From assembly GCF_009914755.1 (NCBI RefSeq), contig NC_060926.1: a stretch of DNA of 64,000 nt. The stretch is one strand, 5' to 3'. How positions within the stretch are numbered: position 1 is the stretch's first letter; every line of letters begins with the position of its first letter. The stretch comes from the human T2T-CHM13v2.0 reference genome, Homo sapiens. The notes beneath the pieces are model-generated. The model saw nothing but the letters and a program-made list of their open reading frames with translations, ran no database searches and was not told where the DNA came from. Positions 31,266 to 44,979 of the stretch are shown here, piece by piece. The translations under genes and the position numbers were made by a program.

Positions 31266-31294
31266 GGTAAATTGGAAAAGAAGAAGTAAAATAG

Positions 31295-33345
31295 TCTCTC
31301 TGAGCAGATGACAGGATCTTTTATGTAGAAAACCCCAAGATTCCACAAAAAATCTGTTAGAACTAATAAATTCAGCAAAGCTACAGGATAAAAATCAACA
31401 TGTAGAAGTCAGTTGCATTTCTATGCATTAATAATGAAGAATCCAAAATGAAATTGAGAAAACAATTCTACTTATCATAGCATCAAAAAGAATAAAATAC
31501 TCAGGAATAGACTTAACCAAGGAGGTAAAGACTGTACATGGAAAACTACAAAATTGCTGAAAGTAATAAAAGGAGATACAAATACATTGAAAGGCATCCT
31601 ATGTTCATGAATTGGAAGACCTCATATTGTTAAAATGTCAATACTACTAAAGCAATCCACAGTTTCAGTGCAATTCCTATCAAAATCCCAAAGATGATTT
31701 TTGCGGAAATAGAAAAACTCATCCTAAAATTCACATGGAATCTCAAGGGACTCTGAATAGCCAAAGCAATCTTGGAAAAGAAGAATAAAGTTGGAGGCCT
31801 CTCACTTCCTGATTTCAAAATTTACTGCAAAGCTACTATAATCAAAACTGTGGAACTGGCATAAAGACAGGCGTAGAGACCAATGGAATGGAATAAAGAG
31901 CCCCTAGAAATAAAACCTCACATAGGTGGTCAATGATTTCTGGCAAGGGTGCCAAGACCATTCAGTGAGGAAAGAGCAATCTTCTCAACAAATGATGCTG
32001 GGATAACTGGATATCTACAAGCCAAGTATGACGTTGGAAGCTTACCTTACAGCATATCCAAAATTTAACTCAAAATGGATTAAAGACCTAAATGTAAGAG
32101 CAAAAACTAATAAAAAATTCAAAGAAAGCATAAAGAAAGGGCTTCTTAACATTGGATTTGACAATGATTTCTTGGATAGAACACCAAAAACACAGGCTTT
32201 TGAAAAACGTAGATACATTTTTGGAATAAAAATGATCTAATTATTAAAAACAATTTTAAAAAGCATTTAAGTAAAAATTTATATAAAAATAAACTGGACT
32301 ACATCAACATCAAAATCTTTTGTGCATCAAGGGACACTATCAACAGAGTGAAAAGGCAACACATGGAATGGGAGAAAATATTTGCATGTTATATGTCTGA
32401 TAAGGGATTGATATCCCCAGAATAGATAAAAACTCCTACAACTCAACAAGAAAAAAACCAAACAACTAGATTAAAAAATGGTCAAAGAGTTGAAGATATA
32501 GTTCTTCAAAGATAAACAAATGGCCAATAAACACATAGAAAGATGCCCAACGTCACTAATCATTAGGCAAATACAAATCACAACCACAATGAGATACCAC
32601 CTTACACCCATTAGGATGGTTATTATCAAAAAAAACAAAAAACCAGAAAAGAACAAGTGTTGGAGAGGATATGGAGAAACTGGAACCCATGTGCATTGTC
32701 GGTGGTGATGTGGGAATGTGAACTGATGTAGCCACTGGGGAACACAATATGGCATTTCCTTAAAGAATTAAATGTAGAATTACAATGCGATCCAGAAATT
32801 CCACTTCTTGGTATATACCCCACAGAAGTGAAAGCAAGGGCTCAGAGAGCTATTTGCATGTCCATGTTAACAGTGGCATTATTCCCAATAGCCAAAAGGT
32901 AGAAACAACCCAAATGTCAATTGGCAGGTGAATGGCATAACAAAACATACAAAACATGTTGTAATACATACAATGGGATGTTATTCAGCCTTAAAAGGGA
33001 AGGGAATTTTAATACATGCTATAACACGTATGAACCTGGAAGACGTTATGCTGAGTGAAACAAGCCAGTCACAAAAAGATAAATACGGTACACTGTTACA
33101 TGAAGTATTTAGAGTGGTCAAATTCATAGAGATTGGAAGTGGAATGGTGGTTTCCTGGGTCTGGGGGAAAGGGGAAATGGGAGTTAGTGTTTAATGGGTG
33201 TAGATTTTCAGTTTGGGAAGATTAAGAAGTTCTGGAGATGGATGGTGATGATGGTTGCCAAACACTGTGAATATACTTAGTGCCAGAGAATTGTACACCT
33301 AAAAATAGTTGAAATAGTAAATTTTATGTTGTGTGTATGTTAATT
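31295..33345 (+). mobile_element. L1MB-like LINE-1 3' part
   Basis: ORF2 C-terminal peptides (NSKWIKDLNVRAK; [12 protein letters not shown]...NKCWRG) and an L1MB-type 3' UTR. Confidence 0.9.
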
Positions 33346-33369
33346 TTTTTAAGTGAAGATGTAAAGGTG

Positions 33370-34225
33370 CTCAGAAGAGTCAGAGGGACAGGTGGGGGCC
33401 TCATGATGAGGTGACATTGGAGCAGATGCCTAAGAGGTGGGGGAGCGAGACAGCTGGAGGTCGGTGAACAGCATCCAGGCAGAGGGAACAGCAGTCATGA
33501 AGGGCCTAAGGTGGGAGTGTCCTGGGCTTGTTAATGGAATGTCAGTCACCATGTGGTGTGAGCAGAGTGAGAGAGGAGGAGAGAGGTGGTGACAACCAGG
33601 GAGATGGTGAGTCCCTGGAGTATGAAGGGCCTTATGAGGCATTTGATTTTCTTCAGACCGGATAAAATGGGAGGACTTGGAGGGACTGAGTGGAGCAGGA
33701 CCTGTCTGACTGGGTCTCCGGGCTGCTGGCTTAGAAATATACTATATGAGAGGCAGGACTGCAAACAGGGAGCTGAGCAGTCACCAGGGAGAGAGGTGGT
33801 GCTAGCTGGGACCAGAGTGACTGCAGTCAAGGTGATGAGAAGTGGCAGGAATGGGGATTCTACTGAAGGTCAAGCAGTAGACAGACACTGATACATGGAA
33901 GTGGAGTGAGAGAGGGGAAAGAAAATGCGATTCCCTGGTATTTGGTCTGAGCAACTCAACTAGAAGGATAGGGTCACCGTATACTGGGTGGGAAGCCTAG
34001 AAGAGATGTTAGGTTAAATCTGGAGCTAGTCTTTAGATGTGATCATCTAAACATGTTTGCGATGTTTAGGGTCAAGGTATGGGGAAGCCATCAACATAGA
34101 GATGAATTTAGAGCCATAAGGCTGGAGGGATCCCCATGGCATGGGTGTTGACAGAGAAGGGGAGGCCCAAGGGTGGAGCCTGGTGGGAAGGACCAGAAAG
34201 GAGACTGGAGAGAAGTGGCCATAGA
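33370..34225 (-). mobile_element. L2 fragments (continuation)
   Basis: gaggtgacatt.gagcaga, catccaggcagagggaacagc and similar antisense L2 motifs. Confidence 0.65.
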
Positions 34226-34244
34226 GGTAGGGACAAGTGTAAGA

Positions 34245-34430
34245 GGGCTCATAAGCATTTTACATACATTACTCCATTAAATTATCATAGCAAATCGGAA
34301 AGTAAATATGGTGCTCATTTTACAAGTCAGGGGACTAAGATGTAGAGAGAAAAGGTAACTTGTCTAAAGTTCATAGTAAATGAAGCAGAGGCAGGATTCA
34401 AGCCAGTTGGCCCAACTCCACAGCTGTGTA
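34245..34430 (+). mobile_element. MIR
   Basis: ctcattttaca...aaggtaacttgtctaaagt...ggattcaa. Confidence 0.6.
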
Positions 34431-35399
34431 TGGTGCAACTCCACCCTGCAGAGTCTTTCTGTTGTGATGGGGACAGAACAGAGGGATGGGAGAATTGAAT
34501 CTTGTAACTCAAGATGAGTAGGAGACCATCTCTGTCTTCCAAGTGTGCACTGTCTCGTGGGCCAGGGGCTAGAGTGCATCCATCACAGGACAGTGGCTCA
34601 GACAGGGGCCATCAGCGCGGGCAGCCCTCCTGGGTGAGCCGGGGTTGACACTGGCCACGGAGGCTGCACAGAGCCCAGCACTGACCTCCTGTGTGTATGT
34701 GGGGTTGAGGGAGGCTGTCCTCATGATAGCACCTGGGGAGAGGCCACACCACTTCAAGGAGTCGGGGCAGGTGTCCTATTTTAGGGCTGTCCAAACATAG
34801 AATGTGGGTAGCATTAGTGGTTTCCAGTGGCTGCCTTCCTGCCACAAGACAAAGCTGGTCTTGGGCATGTGAGCCGAGTTCAACTATTGGAAGCTCGCAT
34901 TGGGACCAGCCAGCAGGCAGGAGTTTTGTGCAGTTGGAGAAGGCAGGGTTAGCATTCATGTTGGCAGCAGCGGCCATGCCCAGTTGGCGCTGTGACTTCT
35001 GGGCCACATTGAACCTGAAACCCTGCAGTGTTTTTCCCTTTGGTTCCTGGCACGGGGGCCAACTTGGCTCTTACTAGTTTTCCAAGTCTGCTTTTCTACC
35101 TTCTACTGACGCTGTGAGGCTTGGATAGATGAGTCAGTTACAGACAGACACTATAAAAAGATGCACAAACCATAACTGGGAAAAATGCTGACAAATTTCT
35201 CATTATCAAAAATGATGCATGTTCATTACAGGAAAGTTAAAAATGCAGACAGGTAAAGACACATACACAATTGCAAAATTCTATTGTCCAAAAATAATGC
35301 ATATCCCAATCTGGTCTTTGAAATGTATCATATATGAATTTATACTTATATTGTTTTGAAAAGGGGATATGGGATGGTCATAGTACAATTTTCTCACCA

Positions 35400-35655
35400 T
35401 CATGCAGTGGTTATGGGTTTCTGATTTTGGAGTCAGATAGAACAGGGTTCATGACTGGCTGCTCCTTCACTGAGGAGCCATGTGGCCTTGGGCTAGTTTT
35501 TGAATTCTTTGCATCTCAGTTTCTTTCTCTGTGAAGTGTGGACGATAACATTCTTACCTTAAAGGGTTGATGGGAGGCTCAAATGGCATAACACGTGGTA
35601 AGTTGTCCAGACAGTGTTTGGGCACATAGGAAGTGCTGAATGAATGCTCAGTGGT
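35400..35655 (-). mobile_element. MIR
   Basis: tggagtcagatag...ctcagtttctttctctgtgaa...gcacataggaagtgct. Confidence 0.7.
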
Positions 35656-36349
35656 AGTACTGCTTGACAATCCAGTTTTTAAGTAGTCATGTGGTATATT
35701 TATCTCTCACAATGTAGAATAATGGGAACAATATTTGCTCATGGGCCAAAAATTATAAGCAACCATTAATTTCCATTAAAATGAATGTAGAATGCTGCAT
35801 AAAAAAAGTAAGCTTGTACATCAAGCTGGTAATGTCAATAAGATACGTTCATTATTACCTGCCACCAATATCAATCGATTCTGTAATTACACTAATAATC
35901 AGAAACATTTTCGAAGTAACTAGGAATTGTAGTAAGCATGTGCTGCCAGGGGAAGAGGTATTACATTTGTGGCAATAATTTGGAAAATCCTACACTGTCA
36001 GGGTCCTGCAATAATGTCGTGAAAAGAGAAAAATATCTTTAGACAGAGCCATGGGAATGTCACCTTTCATCAATCCTGCACTGGGCTTTCCTGGAGTAGT
36101 CAAAGGCCCTTGGAGAGAACAGAAGTACGTGGCTACAGCCTTTGTTACAGAATGCTCCCAGGATCTGTGCAGCTGGCCTACTATGTGGCCCCTGGAACCA
36201 GCAAGAAGTAAGAAGGGCTAGACATGGAGGATGTGGTCAGAGGGTTAGATTTTCTTGCAGTGGTAACTGGAGTCATTGGAGGTGTTCACTATGGTTGGGG
36301 GAGAGAGGAGGGAGGAAGGAACACAATGTGATACTTAGTTTAAAAATGT

Positions 36350-38130
36350 TGTAGTACCTTGATCCAAATTTACAGGTTGCTTCAAAACATATATGGAAAT
36401 GCAAAAGACCTAGAAGAGTTAAAACAATTCTAAAAAAGGACAAAGTTAGAAGACTCACTACATGACTTCAGCCCTTATATTATAAAGCTGCTCAAGGTCA
36501 TGGGGTATTGGCATAAGGAAAGACAATGAGATCAATGGAATGGAATGGCAGGTTCTGAAAGAAACTCACACATATATGACCAATTGAGTTGCCAAGGCAA
36601 TTCAATGGGAAAAGCAATGTCTTGGCAGTAAACGATGCTGGAACAACTAGATAAGCATATGGGAAGAAAGTTAACTTTCATCCCTACCTCATGCTACACA
36701 CAAAACTAATTTGAGACACATTAGATGCCTAAACAGAGACTCAAAAATTACTACATTTGTAGAATAATAGAGGAGAATGTCCTATTAGGATAGGCAGGGG
36801 TTCTTAGAGGAGACTCAAAAATCACTTGAACATATAAACGAAAATATACTAATGAACTGGTCTACAATAAAATTAAGAACTGCTGTTCATTAAAAGACAT
36901 CATTAAGAGAATAAAAAGGCAATGTACAAAGTAGGAAAAAATCTGTAATGCATATATCTGACAAAAACTTGTGTCCAGATATAAAGGATTTGTTCCCATA
37001 CTATATAAAAATCCCTAGAACTTGACAATAAAAAGACAAACAGCCCAATTTTAAAAATGTGGCCAAAGACTTGAACACTTACAAATGGCCATTAAGCATA
37101 TGCAAATGTGCTCATATCTCTAGTCATCTGAGAAATACATCTTTAAACTATAGTGATATAACATTACACTCCCTCCAGAGTAGCTAAAATTGGAAAAGAC
37201 TGACAATGCTGGTAGGATGTGGAGAAACTAGAACTCTCATTCATTGTTGCGAGGAGTGTAAAATGGTACAACCATTTTCAAAAACTGTTTGGCTGTTCCT
37301 TACAACACTAAAACTACACTTTAACCACACAGTTGCATTCCTAAGGATTTACAAAAGAGAAACAGACACATGTCCCCAAAAAGGTTTGTACACAAATGTT
37401 TATGTCAACTTTGTTCATAAGAGCCTGAAACTGGAAGCAACCCAGTTTCACTAAAGAGTTTTGTTTAGACAAATTATAAACTATTCATAGATGGAAACCA
37501 TTCTAATAATGAACTATGGATATCCTTAGTTTAACATAGATGCCTCATTTGCATGGAAGAAGGCAGACCCTGAAGAGCACATACTGTTTCCTGCTTGTGT
37601 GACTTCAAGAACAAGCCAAACTAGTGGATGGTGATACAAAAAGAAGTGTTAGGCTGGGGACGATCGTGGCTCATGCCTGTAATCCCAGCACTTTGAGAGG
37701 CCGAGGCAGGAGGATTGCTTGAGACTAGGAGTTTAAGACCATCCTGGGCAACATGGTGAGACCCTAGTTTCCAGAAAAAAAAAAATTAGCTGGCTGTGAT
37801 GGCAGACCTGTCATCCCAGCTACTCAAGAGGCTGAGGCAGGAGGATTCCTTGAGCCCAGGAGTTTGAGGCTACAGTGAGCTACGATCACACCACTGCACT
37901 CCAGCTTCAGCTATGAAGCAAGACTCCATCTTTAAGAAACAAAGAAAGAAAAGAGAACAGTGGTTGCCTTTGAAGGTGGGTACTAACTGTAGAGGGGCAT
38001 GGGGATGCCTGCTGGGGGAAGGGAATGCCCTGTGCTCTTGATTGATATGATGGTTACACAGGTAGATAATTGAACATAACTCATGCGCTTAAGCTCTGTG
38101 CATTTCACTGGCTGTAAATTTTACCTTAGT
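36350..38130 (+). mobile_element. Old L1 (L1M) 3' part with an Alu insertion
   Basis: Degenerate ORF2 C-terminus and 3' UTR motifs. Confidence 0.8.
37652..37952 (+). mobile_element. Alu (AluJ-like)
   Basis: Sense dimer. Confidence 0.92.
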
Positions 38131-38262
38131 AATTACTCATAATAAAAAGCTCATGGTGCCTGATATTTGGGGCTGGGTGGACAGAGGAGGCCTGTCAAGA
38201 GGCTGTTACTATAGTCCAGGGCACAAGAGTCTGGTGAAGAGATGTAAAAAGTGGCCAGACTT

Positions 38263-38588
38263 GGCCAGGCACAGTCGTTCACGCCTGTAATCCCAGCACT
38301 TTGGGAGGTGGAGGCGGGCGGATCATGAGGTCAGGAGTTTGAGACCAGACTGGCCAGCATGGTGAAACCCCATCTCTACTAAAAATACAAAAAAATTAGC
38401 CAGGCATGGTGGCGCGCACCTGTAATCCCAGCTACTCGGGAAGCTGAGGCAGGAGAATCGCTTCACCCTGGGAGGTGGAGGTTGCAGTGAGCCGAGATCG
38501 CACCATGCACTCCAGCCTGGGTGACAGAATGATACTCCATCTCAAAAATAAATAAATAAATAAATAAATATAAAAAAAGAAAAAAAAG
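38263..38588 (+). mobile_element. AluS
   Basis: Sense dimer; (TAAA)n tail; TSD AAGTGGCCAGACTT. Confidence 0.95.
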
Positions 38589-39989
38589 AAGTGGCCAGAC
38601 TTGGGGTCTTTTGGAGGGAAGGTCAGGGCTGGTTAGCCCAGGAGGTGAGAGTCTTGCTTAGAGCTGGCAAAGGAGGCCGTGTGGGTTAACATCAGAGGAA
38701 AGACAGCTCAGACTACACATCCAACCTATTCTGAATCATGGCGGTTTTAGTTGAGGAGTATATATGTCTTTTACAGACTACTCTGTGAAAACATACATTT
38801 TTTCAGAGTTTATAACAGATTATTACATCACAATGATCTGTTACATCAAGTGCTCTACAAAGAAAGGGGAGTATTTTAAGAAAAGCTATCTTCCTCTGTT
38901 TGAGGCTGAATTTATTAAGTATTCATGTGAATAGCATGGACTGTAATTTAGGATAAACTATAAGCTGGGGTATAGTACTCATAAATTTATGGAATTATTA
39001 TTATTTAAAATCACTACAAACTTACATGCTACTACGGAGATTGAATTTGGTTTGAATATATTAAGTGTAAATGAAGGCAGCTATTGATACAGTAGAATTG
39101 CTGCAATTCTACTGCTGCAATGTAGAAGAGCACATAACTATTGATTGATCATTATCATCGTAGCCCATTCAGTTAGTGCTGCCATTTCAATGAGAGGTGA
39201 AACTTGTCAATATTAGACATTCTTTAATTAAGAACAATTAATCAGAAATAAAATAAGAATTGAAGAAGATAGGGAATTTGTGTGTGAAGAAGATGTTAAA
39301 ATATATACCAGTAAGGCAGTCATTCTTATTAAGCTTATTCTCAGTTCTGGAACTTTGGTTTGGCATCTGGAGATGGATTAGTACAAATATATGCTTAAAT
39401 CAACATCAGAGAATTAATAGCAAACTCCTATTGTCATTTCCCATGAGATCTAATAGCAAAGGTCACTATCTCCTGCAGAGACAAGGGAAGGGAAGTAATT
39501 GTCATAGGCAATTTATAATGCTCTATGATGGCTAAATTTTGGATTGATTCTTCAGTAAATGTCCTTGCAATTAATTTCAAAGTGGTGAGTAAAAATGACC
39601 GCAGTTGGACACCATTAATGGCAAAGTCATACTCCTGCACTGACAGTGTTCGTGAAGAGAATGAAATATGAAGAAAGCTATGAATAGTTGGAAATTCGGG
39701 GGGCTGTGCTTACTCCTGATTATTTCAGTTTGGCTAAAACAGAGCTGGCATCAAGGAAGGGTTTGTTGTGATGATTCCAGAGAGGGTGACTCTCAGGAAG
39801 ATGAACTGGGGGCCCAGGACAGGTTGATGTCAGGTGCTCTCTGGGAACAAGGCTGGTGGTGAAAAATAGGGGTGGACCGATGAGGAAGGCTGGGCCACTC
39901 AGGGTCCCAAGACTTCTTCTGGCTTAATAATGAGGAGCAGGGAGGGCTGGTGGCAAGATGTCCAGATGAGAAACCTGAAGCTCCGGATT

Positions 39990-40150
39990 CTGATAAAGGA
40001 TACTGCTCTCCACTTCCCAGGTGACTCTGGTGGGACAAGTCATTTGACCTCCCTGAGCCTGGGATTTCCTGTCTGTTACATGGGGTCAGTCTTTCCTGTC
40101 CTGTTAGCCTCCCGTGTAGGGTTGTTGTGAGGATCTGTGCAACAAAGGAC
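39990..40150 (-). mobile_element. MIR
   Basis: acaagtcatttgacctccctgagcct...gggttgttgtgaggat. Confidence 0.7.
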
Positions 40151-40511
40151 ACTTAGGCCCTCTAAAAGAGTCTGCAACTATCTGCTTTAGTTGTCTTTTA
40201 TTATTTGTTGGTAATAACTTCAGCAGTGTGAGCTGAAGCTGGAGCCATGCAGTGGTTTATATACTCAAGCCTGGAGATATTTTAGGAAATAATCAATACA
40301 AGATGCATTGGGTTGGAGCCATGGTAAGAGTCATAAATCTTGACAGCCTGCTGTTTGTTCAAATTAATAATGGTTGAGAGAAACATTGTAAAAACCTATG
40401 GGAGGGAAAAATCTAGAGTGTGTTTGGGGTGAGAGCTTTAGCCAGTGTGGAAACTGAAAGTCATTCAAGGAAGGTTAGTTATCATCCTGCTGCTGGTGGA
40501 GCAGTGTAGAA

Positions 40512-40642
40512 ACACAGACACACACACACACTTGCACACACACGTGTGCATACAGATGCACACGCACATATAGACACACACATGCATACATGGACACATG
40601 TGCACACAGGCACATGCACACACATGTACATACACATACACA
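40512..40642. repeat. Imperfect (CA)n-rich tract
   Basis: Visible. Confidence 0.85.
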
Positions 40643-41042
40643 TGGGTAACAAGCACCAGTTTTTTTGGGTGGATCTCAGAAGAGACTGGCAAACAAGGAC
40701 AACTAGCACTGATTTCAACAATGGACAGCTGCACTTTGCCCACTCAAGGGCCTATCACCTTCTAAGAAAATGCTGGCTGCCTCTGAATTTTTAAAATGAA
40801 ACATGTACAGTGTTTTTGCCATGCCTCATTTGTCACTGGTGGAGAAGAGTGTGTTCGTATAGCCTTGGGATTTGTGGCTGTTGTGTACAGTGAGTGAGGA
40901 GAGGGGATTGGGACCTCATGATTTTTAAATCATCAAAGCCTTGATATGGTCTATAGTTACAAAGTAAACATACTGCTTTTCCTGTGTCCAGGGTGCTCCC
41001 AGACTTCCCAATCCTCCACCCTCACATCAAGATGGTCACTGA

Positions 41043-41173
41043 AGCTGGGTACCATGGCGCATGCCTGTAGTCCCAGCTTCTTGGGAGGCTGAGCCAGGAT
41101 GATCGTTTGAGCCCAGAAGTTCATGTACAGCCTGGGCAACATAGCGAGACCCTGTCTGTACAAAAAAAAAAAA
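41043..41173 (+). mobile_element. Alu monomer (FLAM-like)
   Basis: Single arm with A tail. Confidence 0.8.
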
Positions 41174-41634
41174 GATTGTCAACAGAGCTCCAGCCAGGCA
41201 TTCTTTGTTGGTTGGGGCATCAGTGCAGAGAGGCTGCAGGCTGTGGCACACATTGGAGGAGCTGGGCAGAACCGTGGGGGTGCCGGCCTGTAAAGTGAAC
41301 ACCAGGAGCTGGGAGGGACAAACCTGGAGAAAGCAAAGCAAGGCACGAGGCGAGTCGGTCGCAGGGTTGCAGGCTGGCCTCCATGCGGATGCAGTTGACT
41401 ATTGTATAAGAAGAGTCTTTAACACTAACAAGGTTAGAGACCAGAAAGCCACATTAAAAAAAGATGAAAACATTTACTTTAGTAGAATGATGGAATTGTT
41501 TCTTAATTTAAAAACTGCTTTTACTGTGTTTATTTTTTATTATAAAAGTAACATGCATTTCTTATAAAAACTGTGAATTTAACAAGTCAGAAAACCATAA
41601 GGAAACCTTGATACTGAGTCTATCATATTTTCAG

Positions 41635-41718
41635 GCAGAGAAAACAAAGAATTTTGTCAGCCGAAGCCTTGTCATAGGAGAAGTCCTCTCCATGGCGGAC
41701 ATGGCCACAGGAGTGAAG
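41635..41718 (+). CDS. ACOXL: ACOXL coding exon 2 ([28 protein letters not shown])
   Basis: Acceptor attttcag|GCA; donor AAG|gtgaga; 84 nt; phase 0-0; lies within ORF 41608..41862. Confidence 0.93.
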
Positions 41719-41929
41719 GTGAGAGGCGCCGGGCACCTGCCCTTCATGAATGCATGCTCGCTTTGCATGCCAAGGAATGAAAACTATAACCCCGTGAGCT
41801 CTCTCAGTCTATGTAGTGGCACAGGTGTTGGTAAAATTGCATACCTCAAAACCTGTGCCTGACTTCCCTTTTAACTATCATATCCTATCCTGTTTTTGTT
41901 TCTAATTTGCTTTTCTTCTTTGTATAGTT

Positions 41930-42272
41930 TTGTTACATTTGTATCAATTGGTTATTTTCCTTTGTCTTAGTTTTATGAAAACAGTATCATAATCCTTTGT
42001 GATTTTCTTTCTTCACTTAAATATTATTGCTAAGATCGATTCATATTGTGTGTTCCTGTATTCATTAAATTTTAAAATAAAAACCTTTTCATTTTGAAAT
42101 AATAATGCTCACAGAAAGTTACAAAAATAGTACATAGGGTCATGAGAACCCTTTAGTCATGGTGACATCTTATGTAGCAGTAATGCAATGTAAAATCAGG
42201 AAATCAATATTAGTACAGCACTGTTAGGACATAGACCCTATTCAGATTTCACGAGTTTTTACATGCACTCAG

Positions 42273-42306
<34 letters not shown>

Positions 42307-42895
42307 TTTTATGCAGTTTGACCCTATATGTAGATTCATGTAACCACCACCACAATCAAGATATAGAACTGTTCCATCATCAGAAAGAAACTTCCGGGTC
42401 CTACCCGGAAGTTTCATTTGGCCTCCATTCCACCCCTGTCCTTTGGCAAGCACTAATCTGTTGTTCTCCATCTCTATAGTTTTGTCATTTGGGGAATGAC
42501 ATAGCAATGGAAGATCATTCATTTTTGACTGCTGTATAATATTCCTTTGTGTGAATATACCACAGCATTTATTCATCCACTTTCTCATGTTGTTTCCAGG
42601 ATTTTGCTAATGTGAAAAGTGCTGCTGTGAATACTCTTGTCCATGTCTGGTGTTGAACATGGGTAAAATCTTCCCTTAGGTATTCAACTAGGAATGGAAT
42701 TGCTAGTTACAGGATGAATGAATGCTTAACTTTAAAGAGTAGTGTTAATCTATTCTCCAAAGTTAGTGCATCAATTCACATTCCCACCAACAGCATGTAA
42801 TCGGATCCTGTGGATCCATATCCTCTTCCATACTTGGAATTCTTAGACTTCTCCATTTTTTTGCAAATGGTTATAAAATGGCATCTTATTGTCTT
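41930..42895 (-). mobile_element. Old L1 (L1MC/ME) 3' fragments, with (TG)n at 42274-42305
   Basis: tgtaaccaccaccacaatcaagatatagaac and other antisense L1 3' motifs. Confidence 0.7.
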
Positions 42896-44144
42896 GAGGG
42901 AAGACAATTATCTTGCATGTTCCTGCTTACCAAGGAAGGCGAACAAAATAGCTCAGGTGGGCGTGTCTGCTGCAGCCACTCGTGCTGCCCAAGCCTTCCA
43001 GCAGAGAGTCCTTCATGGGGCCCTCCTTTCCCTCCCTGGACACCACTGGATCTCAGAATGATTCCTCATATCCAAACACCCAGTCGTGATGTCCCCAAAG
43101 AGGAGAAATTACAACTAGAACATGAAGACAGAATGATCAGACAAGAAGCCAGGTCAGTTGGCAGTGAGTCCAATATGGTGGTGATTTCAGTTTGGTGTGG
43201 ACATTGTCTATTGGTAGGTAGGAATTAAAAACAAAGATATCTGTGAGTGCCATCTTGTCGTGAGGGTGTCCACCATCAGATTTTTCCAGGAAGACTGGGC
43301 TCCCTGTGATTTCAGCCAGGCACGATCTCTTCCCTCTTGGATGGGTTGGCTGTGGCTTTCAGAGAGAGCAGCTAGCTGAGATGCAACAGATAAATAAATA
43401 AATCCTGTCTCAGAAATACCGGAGGATCCTGGTCCAGACTCTCATGATCCCCAGTTTGTGCTTTTACCATGTTGCACCCCCACCCTACTCTGCCATCTAC
43501 TTTCTCTTCAGCAAGCCTCCGTGGATTGTGACCATGAGGACAGCTCCACAGGTGGTGGCAGCTCTCTGGGTGGGGAGCCCTCTCCTCTGGTCTCCAGGGT
43601 CTTGCACTGAGCCTAGTCCATGGAGTTTCACAGGGATCGTCTGAATGAATGAGGGAAGGGGCAGCCTGTAGCATAAAGCAGACTTAAGAAGCATTTTAAC
43701 CAATTGCAATATGTGTGTCTTATTTACATCTTGGTTCAAACAACAAACTATTTGTAATGAAAAATTATGTATCAGTTGGGGAAATCTGAGCATTGGACAT
43801 CTGATGATATTAGAGAATGATCATTATATTTTTAGGTGGGATAATGGTTTTAGGGCTATGTTTTTAAAAAGAATCTGTATCTTTTACATATGTATTGGAA
43901 ATATTCAGGGAAGACATGATATGATGTCAGGGATAAACATCAAGATAACCTGGGATGTAGGAAGGGAAAGTAGGTAGGGGTGGCGGGGGGAGGGAGATGA
44001 AGGAAAATGGACCATGAGCTGACCATCCTTGAGTTCATTAGATGCTTCTATTTCATTGAATTTTTCCATAATAAAATTTTTTTCTGAAAACTCCTGAGTA
44101 TCCTAGAAGGAAATTGGCATAGACTTAAAGAAAATGTCCTTTGA

Positions 44145-44524
<380 letters not shown>

Positions 44525-44979
44525 TTATGCTTTAGAAACATCCTCTAATCCTTGATGTTGCCCATGGGTCCTTGCAGGTGTGGCCCTGGTCACATCTGTT
44601 CCACTCTCCTCTTCTTCTGGTTCCTTTTACCCACCTTTGGACCACTTGCTTCTAGCCCTAGCTTGGTCTTTCCCCTCCTTCTCCTGGCTGACAACTATTC
44701 ATTCTTCATGTTCCAGCTAACGTGTCCTTCCCGCAGGGATGCCCCTCTCAAGCCTTCAACTTGAGTCCCATCCACTCGCTGTCACCTGTCTTTGCTTCTT
44801 ACAGTTTTCTGCCATAACGTGTACCCATTTTGAATCTATATATTTATTCATGGAATTACTTTATGTCTCTTACTACCACAAGAGGGAAAACTCCTTGAAA
44901 ACTATAACCCCTACATTCTTGGTACATAATAGGTGTCAATACTTGAGTATTAAATAAATATATAAAATCAAAACGATAT

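Noticed and set aside
34032-34051. 8-bp inverted repeat TTTAGATG-TGAT-CATCTAAA
   Set aside because: Arms this short are expected by chance in 64 kb.
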